This document shows, one piece after another, positions 58,063-64,000 of a DNA stretch of 64,000 bases. Origin of the DNA: Methanomassiliicoccales archaeon (GTDB taxonomy: Archaea > Thermoplasmatota > Thermoplasmata > Methanomassiliicoccales > JACIVX01); NCBI GenBank assembly GCA_038850735.1, contig JAWCLO010000008.1, forward strand, positions 10,899 to 74,898, read 5' to 3'. The notes under the pieces were generated by a model. That model saw nothing but the letters and a program-made list of their open reading frames with translations. It made no database searches and was not told the origin of the DNA. Both the position numbers and the translations under genes were made by a program. The number at the start of each line of letters is the position of its first letter. Position 1 is the stretch's first letter.

Positions 58063-59391
58063 ATGCCCACAGCAATGGAAATATTCAAACTCCTGCCAAA
58101 AAAGAATTGCGGCGAATGCAAATTCCCGACATGCCTAGCATTTGCCATGCAGCTTGCAAACCAGAAGGCGAAATTAGAAGACTGTCCGTATGTTTCCGAG
58201 CAAGCGAAGGCGACACTCGCTGCATCTGCTGCTCCACCGATTAGATTGGTAAAGGTGGGTACGGGAGCAAATGCAATCGAAATTGGAGACGAAACAGAAA
58301 TGTACAGGCACGAAAAGAAGTTCTTTCACCCTACTGCCTACGCTTTCATCATTTCAGATACATCGAATGACAGTGAAGTAAAAGCTAGAGTTGAAAAGGC
58401 TCATTCTCTTAAATTTGAGAGGGTAGGCCAATTGATGAAAATGGATATGATCGGGGTACGTTGCGACTCAGGAGACCTCAAAAGGTTCACTAAGGTAGTG
58501 AGCGATGTCGCAGCACTCACAGAACTTCCGCTCGTTCTCATTTGCAACGATCCTGTCAAAATGAAAGCAGCTGCCTCTAACATTGCAGCGAAGGTGCCAT
58601 TATTACATTGCGCAACGTCGTCGAATGCTACTGAAATGGCTGCCGTGGCCAAGGAGTTGAAATGTCCTTTAGTTGTCTACGAGGACAGGGGACTCAACGA
58701 GTTAGCCGATTTGGTTGCAAAGGTAAAAGCAGCTGGCGTTGAAGATATCGTACTTGATTTTGGAGCGAGGAACTTAAAAGAATTGCTTGAAAGAAGCACA
58801 ATTATCAGAAAGATCTCTGTTAAGAAGATCTTTAGGGGTCTGGGTTATCCAATCTATGTGCATGCAGGTTCAGGTGAGGAGGCGGTTCTGCGAGGGCTCA
58901 TATCTACGATGAAATATGGGAGCGTCGTCGCATTCGACGATATTGATCCAGCAACAGCTCTTCCGCTATATGTCCTAAGGCAGAACATTTACACAGATCC
59001 TCAGGTGCCGATTCAGGTCAAACCAGATCTTTACGCAATAAACAATCCCAATGAGAAATCTCCTCTTCTCTTCACGACAAACTTTTCCCTAACCTATTTC
59101 ACTGTCTTGGCAGATATTGAGAAGAGCAAGATACCAGTGTGGCTGCAAGTCATCGATACAGAAGGGCTATCGGTGATGACTGCGTTTGCGGCTGGTAAAC
59201 TAACACCTGAGATGGTTGCGAAGGCAATTGATGCATCTGGAGCAAAGGAGAAATCAAGGCGCGGTGAAATCATCATACCGGGAATGGTAGCAAGAATGAG
59301 CAGCAAACTCCAAGAACTTACTGGTCTAAAGGTCATTGTTGGTCCAAAGGAATCAAGCGGCTTGCCAAAACTTCTAAAATCTCTGGATTGA
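58063..59391 (+). CDS. acsC: Corrinoid iron-sulfur protein large subunit (AcsC-type)
   Basis: N-terminal [4Fe-4S] motif CGECKFPTCLAF ... CPY. About 442 aa. ATG lies 1 nt after the acsD stop, with a GGAGGTG RBS. Confidence 0.85.
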   Translation: MPTAMEIFKLLPKKNCGECKFPTCLAFAMQLANQKAKLEDCPYVSEQAKATLAASAAPPIRLVKVGTGANAIEIGDETEMYRHEKKFFHPTAYAFIISDTSNDSEVKARVEKAHSLKFERVGQLMKMDMIGVRCDSGDLKRFTKVVSDVAALTELPLVLICNDPVKMKAAASNIAAKVPLLHCATSSNATEMAAVAKELKCPLVVYEDRGLNELADLVAKVKAAGVEDIVLDFGARNLKELLERSTIIRKISVKKIFRGLGYPIYVHAGSGEEAVLRGLISTMKYGSVVAFDDIDPATALPLYVLRQNIYTDPQVPIQVKPDLYAINNPNEKSPLLFTTNFSLTYFTVLADIEKSKIPVWLQVIDTEGLSVMTAFAAGKLTPEMVAKAIDASGAKEKSRRGEIIIPGMVARMSSKLQELTGLKVIVGPKESSGLPKLLKSLD

Positions 59392-59519
59392 AGCTACAAC
59401 TGCTTCAATCATTACTAATTTCCTTTCTTCCATTTTTACATTTCATCGGATATTTTGATTGAATTTGAATGATTTTAATTATTATCAACGATTCGAAATT
59501 AATTGTACGATCTTTTCCA

Positions 59520-60272
59520 TCATTTCAAATCCTTGGCAATCTCCATCACGGCCCTGAACGCACGATTTGTTTTTTCGATGTGAATTAAAGGTTCTCCGTT
59601 CACAGCCATTTCTTCAATTCTTTTGTCATGAGGAACTTTTCTCACCTCAGAAAACTCGCTGGCTATTGCCATTTCTTGAATGATAGGAGGAAGTTCGTGC
59701 GGACATCTATTTATGATGAGCATGCTTGACTTCACATCAATGTTCATATTCATCGCAAGCTTTCTTATCCGGATTGCAGTTTCTATCCCTAATTTCGTCG
59801 GATCAGACACAACGATAAGCTTATCCATTTTCCTGGTCGTCCGCCGAGAGAGGTGTTCCATTCCCGCTTCATTATCAATCACTATGTAAGCATAATCATC
59901 CATCAACTCGTCGAGAAAAGTTCGCAAAACATTGTTGATGTAGCAATAACAGCCTGGTCCTTCGGATCTGCCCATAGTAATGAGATCGAACCGATCCCCT
60001 TCTACCATGGCGAGTTGTATTTGATACCTCACATATTCATGCTTGCTTGTACTAGATGAGATCTGCTCAGCATTTTTAATGAGGTCTTCCCGAAGATCAC
60101 CGATGGTCTTCTCCACCCTCACACCAAGCTTGTCTCCAAGATTGGAATTTGGGTCCGCATCAACTGCTAACACCACGTCACCAGATTTCTCGGCAAGTGC
60201 TTTGATCAAAAGTGCCGCGATTGTTGATTTGCCGACTCCTCCTTTTCCAGCTATTGCTGCCGTGTAAGCCAT
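59520..60272 (-). CDS. cooC: CooC/AcsF-type nickel-insertion ATPase (copy 2)
   Basis: GKGGVGKST and the CxC motif GCYCYIN. 250 aa. Confidence 0.85.
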   Translation of the reverse strand: MAYTAAIAGKGGVGKSTIAALLIKALAEKSGDVVLAVDADPNSNLGDKLGVRVEKTIGDLREDLIKNAEQISSSTSKHEYVRYQIQLAMVEGDRFDLITMGRSEGPGCYCYINNVLRTFLDELMDDYAYIVIDNEAGMEHLSRRTTRKMDKLIVVSDPTKLGIETAIRIRKLAMNMNIDVKSSMLIINRCPHELPPIIQEMAIASEFSEVRKVPHDKRIEEMAVNGEPLIHIEKTNRAFRAVMEIAKDLK

Positions 60273-61306
60273 GCATCATCTCCCAGGTAAAATCTTTCTT
60301 TAAGTCTTCGTGAAAGACTCAAGAGAATCTCTATGGCACTTTCTGCATTTTCTTCAGACATCCCACCAAGTCCGCATTGAGGTGTCAGCAAAGAATTCCT
60401 AATCAATAATTCTTGATCAACACCTTTTGATACTAATTTTCTTATCAATGAGAGCATTTTCTCTTCGAGCGATCCTATAGTCACACTGGAAATCGATTCA
60501 TCGTTATTCGGCACTATTCCCCATGCAAGTACACCACCTCGATCGAGAAACCGCGAAATTTCTTCTGGAAATAGTGTTACCGTGTGCCCGAATTCATATG
60601 CATCAAAGGATAGAATGTCTATGCTAGCATTGACAACTTGAGACCAATCAGTATTGCCACAACAATGGATGCCTTTCACACAATCTATGCCATTAAAGAC
60701 ATCATTAATCCAATCTATAGCATCTTCCCACCTAATGCTTGCATATGGTGTGCCAAGAAGAGCTAGTGAAGGTTCGTCAAGAAATATGATGACCTCTTTG
60801 TATTTTGACCTTAGCACTCTTACTTGCCACTTTGTCATCATATTGAGATTCTTCCTAATGATCTCGCAATAGCTCTCATCATAGATAACGGGCCGATTCC
60901 TCGTATCGAATATCTGAAGACCTTCACTGATCGGGCCCGTTGTCTGCCCTTTTACAATTTTACCCAGATTCCTCGGTTCGCGGCTGATCATTTCGAAGAA
61001 CCCAGTAAATCTATCATTCGAAAAACAAAAATAATCTAAATCATGACTGATCACTTTTTCGTAAAATGTAGCGGGATCATAATTATCAAGATCGACCATT
61101 ATTCTTTTTCTATCTACATCAATAGAAACGCCAGGCAGATGCATTGCATATTGAACATACATATTTTCCAAGAATCCTTTTTTTGGAAGCTGTGGCCAGA
61201 ATGGGATAAGCTCTTTCTTACTTAGAACAAGATCGAGGGCCTTAACTTGATCCTGATGCGGCAATGAACCTATACATGTTGCCGAAAAATTCCAAGTCAC
61301 ATTCAT
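60251..61306 (-). CDS. MetE-C-terminal-like (core-MetE type) zinc methyltransferase
   Basis: 351 aa. IHCCGN (His/Cys) and TPQCGLG match the MetE-type zinc site (HxC ... CGL). 22-nt overlap with cooC. Confidence 0.55.
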   Translation of the reverse strand: MNVTWNFSATCIGSLPHQDQVKALDLVLSKKELIPFWPQLPKKGFLENMYVQYAMHLPGVSIDVDRKRIMVDLDNYDPATFYEKVISHDLDYFCFSNDRFTGFFEMISREPRNLGKIVKGQTTGPISEGLQIFDTRNRPVIYDESYCEIIRKNLNMMTKWQVRVLRSKYKEVIIFLDEPSLALLGTPYASIRWEDAIDWINDVFNGIDCVKGIHCCGNTDWSQVVNASIDILSFDAYEFGHTVTLFPEEISRFLDRGGVLAWGIVPNNDESISSVTIGSLEEKMLSLIRKLVSKGVDQELLIRNSLLTPQCGLGGMSEENAESAIEILLSLSRRLKERFYLGDDAWLTRQQ

Positions 61307-61449
61307 AGAAATTTAGACTTTATATAATAAGTCTTTCATGAAACTGATTTCAATCCGCTCCAGAAATATTCGTTAGGTGTCGTGTAAATTCGACAGTTGT
61401 CTAGCACTAATTATATATAATGACGAATAGACTAATTTGCCTGGTTGTT

Positions 61450-61596
61450 ATGGTTAGATGTCCTTTCTGCGGCGCGAAAATCGAAATCATAAGCGATCAG
61501 ATTATATGTGAATGCGGTGAGCAGCTCCCGCGAGACATCCATAAGTTCGAAAGAGAACGATGCTTATGTGGTAAAACCATAGGCTTTCCCGATTAG
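61450..61596 (+). CDS. Small zinc-ribbon ORF (48 aa, hypothetical)
   Basis: Hand translation MVRCPFCGAKIEIISDQIICECGEQ...CLCGK. It is below the ORF-track cutoff and converges on the RACo stop. Confidence 0.25.
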   Translation: MVRCPFCGAKIEIISDQIICECGEQLPRDIHKFERERCLCGKTIGFPD

Positions 61597-63542
61597 ACTT
61601 TCCTAAGTAGCTCGGCAACCCTTGGGAATTTACCAATATCTGTGTGGGGAAGGAAGATTGCAGAAGAAAACTCGTCGAAAAATGCCTGGATTGTGCTCAA
61701 CTCCAGATATGTCATCATTTCGTAGACCGCCTTTGCCTCCTTTCTCTTTTCTTCAGAAATAAGTGTTAAATGCGCCCCTGCAAGAGCGCCATTACCCAAG
61801 AAAACGAAACGCTCTGCTTGAAGATCTGGCAGCAATCCAATCGTAATTGCTCTTTCCATATCTATGAAGTTGCCAAATCCGCCAGCTATGTATATCTTTG
61901 ATACATCATTAAAATCCATATTGGCTTTTTTTAGTAGCACGCTACATGCTGCGTAAATGGCTGCCTTCGTTCTAATTATATTTGCTATATCGTCATCACT
62001 GATAACTATATCCCGGCCCTTTTCCTCTTCCACTATCAATTTGCGTTCTTCGTCAAACCTTCTTATTTTGTCTCTACCTATTGAAGTCTCTTCCTTCCAC
62101 GCGACCACAAATTCCATACCGCTTTCGCTCATTCTTACACGGGGAGTACTTACTTGCTGAATACGCCCCTTTTTATCTATGATTCCTCTCAAAAACATTT
62201 CTGCGACGAGGTCGATAAGACCAGAACCGCAGATGCCTCTTGGCTTCACACCACCTATGGTTGAGTACTTTACCTCATAATCATTGAGAATTCGGATTCT
62301 CTCAATTGCACCAGTCATAGCTCTCATGCCAAATCTGACTTCTCCGCCTTCGAATGCCGGTCCAGCCGAGCAGGAACACGCCATCAACCACTCGTTATTT
62401 CCTAGTACAACTTCTCCATTTGTTCCAACATCAATCAACAATGCGATTTCTGACTTTAGATGCATCCCCGAGGCTAGGACATCAGCAATGATATCTCCGC
62501 CGACATAGCTCGCCCTTCCTGGGACGCAGTACACCGGAGCGTCTTCATTTATGTTTATTCCAAGGTCACTGGCACGATATACAGGAGGAGCGTTGACGGT
62601 TGGAATATATGGGTCATAGCGAATATATTTCGGATTTAATCCAAGAAAAAGGTGAATCATTGTCGTATTGCCGGCTACGGACATACAAGAAATCTCATCG
62701 ACACAAATCGATTCGCCGATTTTTCCGCAATTCTCGGGGTTCCCACACAATTCTGAAATAAGGTAATTTATCGTTTCGAGGACGAGATTATTTAGCCTCT
62801 CTAATCCACCCTCTTCTGCATATGATATTCGGGATAATACATCCTCTCCGCACATAATCTGCTTGTTGTAGCTTGACGCTTGGCGAATGATTTCGCCATT
62901 GAAGAGATCTATAATACTTGCAACGACGGTCGTTGTTCCTATATCTACAGCCACTCCAAAATTTCTATGAGTTTTATCTCCTTCTCTAACATCTATGAGA
63001 ACTTTCGAATCTTTACTTTCATCCAGCACAGCAGTTATTCTCCAATCACTATCCCTTAATACCCTAGCCAAAATCCTTAGCACCCGAAGCGTTGCCTTGA
63101 GAGACTTATCGGAAGACAAAAGATGACGAGCAATTCGTTCCAGATCACCGATATTGTCGTCCAGACTTGGCGGCTTCAACTTAAGGTATCTAGTCGAGGT
63201 CAATGGGGAGAGTCTGCCCAGCTTCTCAATGGTATATGACATAAGTATTTGATGTTGTGCAATCTTAATTTCCTCCGGGACAAACACTTCAAGATTCCCT
63301 TGAACACGAGTCTGGCAAGCGAGACGATATCCTGCTAGCCATTCATCATCCGAAAAAAATTCTTTTCCTTTTTCCATCTCATGGAGACCTTGCACTATCA
63401 CCTTGCATTTTCCACAGGTTCCTTTTCCGCCACATATGCTATTGAGTATTACGCCTCCTCGAAAGGCTCCTTCTAGTATTTTTTCGCCTTCGTTAACTTC
63501 CACCGTAATGTCCTGCGGAAGAAACCTTATCTTGTGTGACAT
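61593..63542 (-). CDS. Reductive activator of corrinoid Fe-S protein (RACo; [2Fe-2S] ferredoxin plus ASKHA ATPase)
   Basis: N-terminal plant-type ferredoxin motif CGGKGTCGKCKV ... LACQT. Large actin-fold ATPase region (DIGTTT, DVGTNGE). 649 aa. Confidence 0.8.
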   Translation of the reverse strand: MSHKIRFLPQDITVEVNEGEKILEGAFRGGVILNSICGGKGTCGKCKVIVQGLHEMEKGKEFFSDDEWLAGYRLACQTRVQGNLEVFVPEEIKIAQHQILMSYTIEKLGRLSPLTSTRYLKLKPPSLDDNIGDLERIARHLLSSDKSLKATLRVLRILARVLRDSDWRITAVLDESKDSKVLIDVREGDKTHRNFGVAVDIGTTTVVASIIDLFNGEIIRQASSYNKQIMCGEDVLSRISYAEEGGLERLNNLVLETINYLISELCGNPENCGKIGESICVDEISCMSVAGNTTMIHLFLGLNPKYIRYDPYIPTVNAPPVYRASDLGININEDAPVYCVPGRASYVGGDIIADVLASGMHLKSEIALLIDVGTNGEVVLGNNEWLMACSCSAGPAFEGGEVRFGMRAMTGAIERIRILNDYEVKYSTIGGVKPRGICGSGLIDLVAEMFLRGIIDKKGRIQQVSTPRVRMSESGMEFVVAWKEETSIGRDKIRRFDEERKLIVEEEKGRDIVISDDDIANIIRTKAAIYAACSVLLKKANMDFNDVSKIYIAGGFGNFIDMERAITIGLLPDLQAERFVFLGNGALAGAHLTLISEEKRKEAKAVYEMMTYLELSTIQAFFDEFSSAIFLPHTDIGKFPRVAELLRKV

Positions 63543-64000
63543 GGCATCAAGTAAATCAGATATGGGTTATTTAACAGTCTTCCATCGAATGAATCAATCA
63601 ATTCCGAATCTGGTGGTCATCAAGAACTTGAGCCCTTTAGCATGCGACGATTTCTGATTTGCCGCCTTGATTTTGATCTAGAACAACCTGGACGCATTGA
63701 AAATTCCTCCTAGTCAGCCAAAAAATGCAATCCATCATTCCAAAGAGGCCAGAGAATTGCGACCAAGGCGCCTTTATTCATTGTGAAGCAGTGCAGTATT
63801 CTGGCCATCTGATTGATTCCGACAATAAGAACTGTTATGCCCGAGCGTGATCTGCTCTTTGGTAGAATTGACGTCAGGGGAAAAAATTGGTGAAAGGGTG
63901 TTCCCTTCGATGCTAAAGAGACTTTTCATCGTCTCGAAGCGATTGTCGATCAGAGACTACTCATTAATTATCGCTAACCGCATCATATTTAACCCATAGA

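Noticed and set aside
1-64000. Search by eye for CRISPR arrays, transposases, integrases and long tandem or inverted repeats.
   Set aside because: No regularly spaced direct repeats and no recognisable transposase or integrase ORF were seen. A computational repeat scan would still be needed to be definitive.

Overview
The window is archaeal chromosomal DNA. This is shown by the conserved L44e-S27e-aIF2alpha-Nop10-PAC2 block, RadA, a class I CCA-adding enzyme, GGGP and DGGGP ether-lipid synthases, and two tRNAs with canonical 37/38 introns. The lineage cannot be fixed from sequence alone. Gene content suggests an uncultured anaerobic euryarchaeon of the Thermoplasmatota kind, which is inference. 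Coding density is high and most calls are housekeeping genes identified from motifs in the translated ORFs. No searches were run.

Five regions stand out:
1. 37.3-40.7 kb (- strand): a translationally coupled five-gene operon led by a dynamin-like GTPase with four unrecognisable small partners. It lies in an accessory-looking stretch bounded by AT-rich gaps, a nonsense-disrupted radical SAM gene and an intron-containing tRNA-Leu. This is my best candidate for an undescribed system.
2. 53.0-63.5 kb: a bacterial-type Wood-Ljungdahl carbonyl-branch cluster. CODH (CooS/AcsA-like) and full-length ACS (AcsB-like) are fused into a single 1358-aa ORF. It is followed by acsD and acsC, and faces a convergent cooC, a MetE-like zinc methyltransferase sitting where AcsE would be expected, and RACo. 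A separate cooT-cooC pair lies at 46.5 kb.
3. 4.6-10.4 kb (- strand): a six-gene array, amt-PII-PII-orf322-flotillin-glnA, joined by overlapping stops and starts.
4. A 175-aa mini-intein in the RadA P-loop.
5. An MtaA-like methyltransferase plus zinc-ribbon pair with no corrinoid partner, and a candidate about 75-90 nt structured RNA with its own TATA box.

No CRISPR array, transposase or integrase was recognised.
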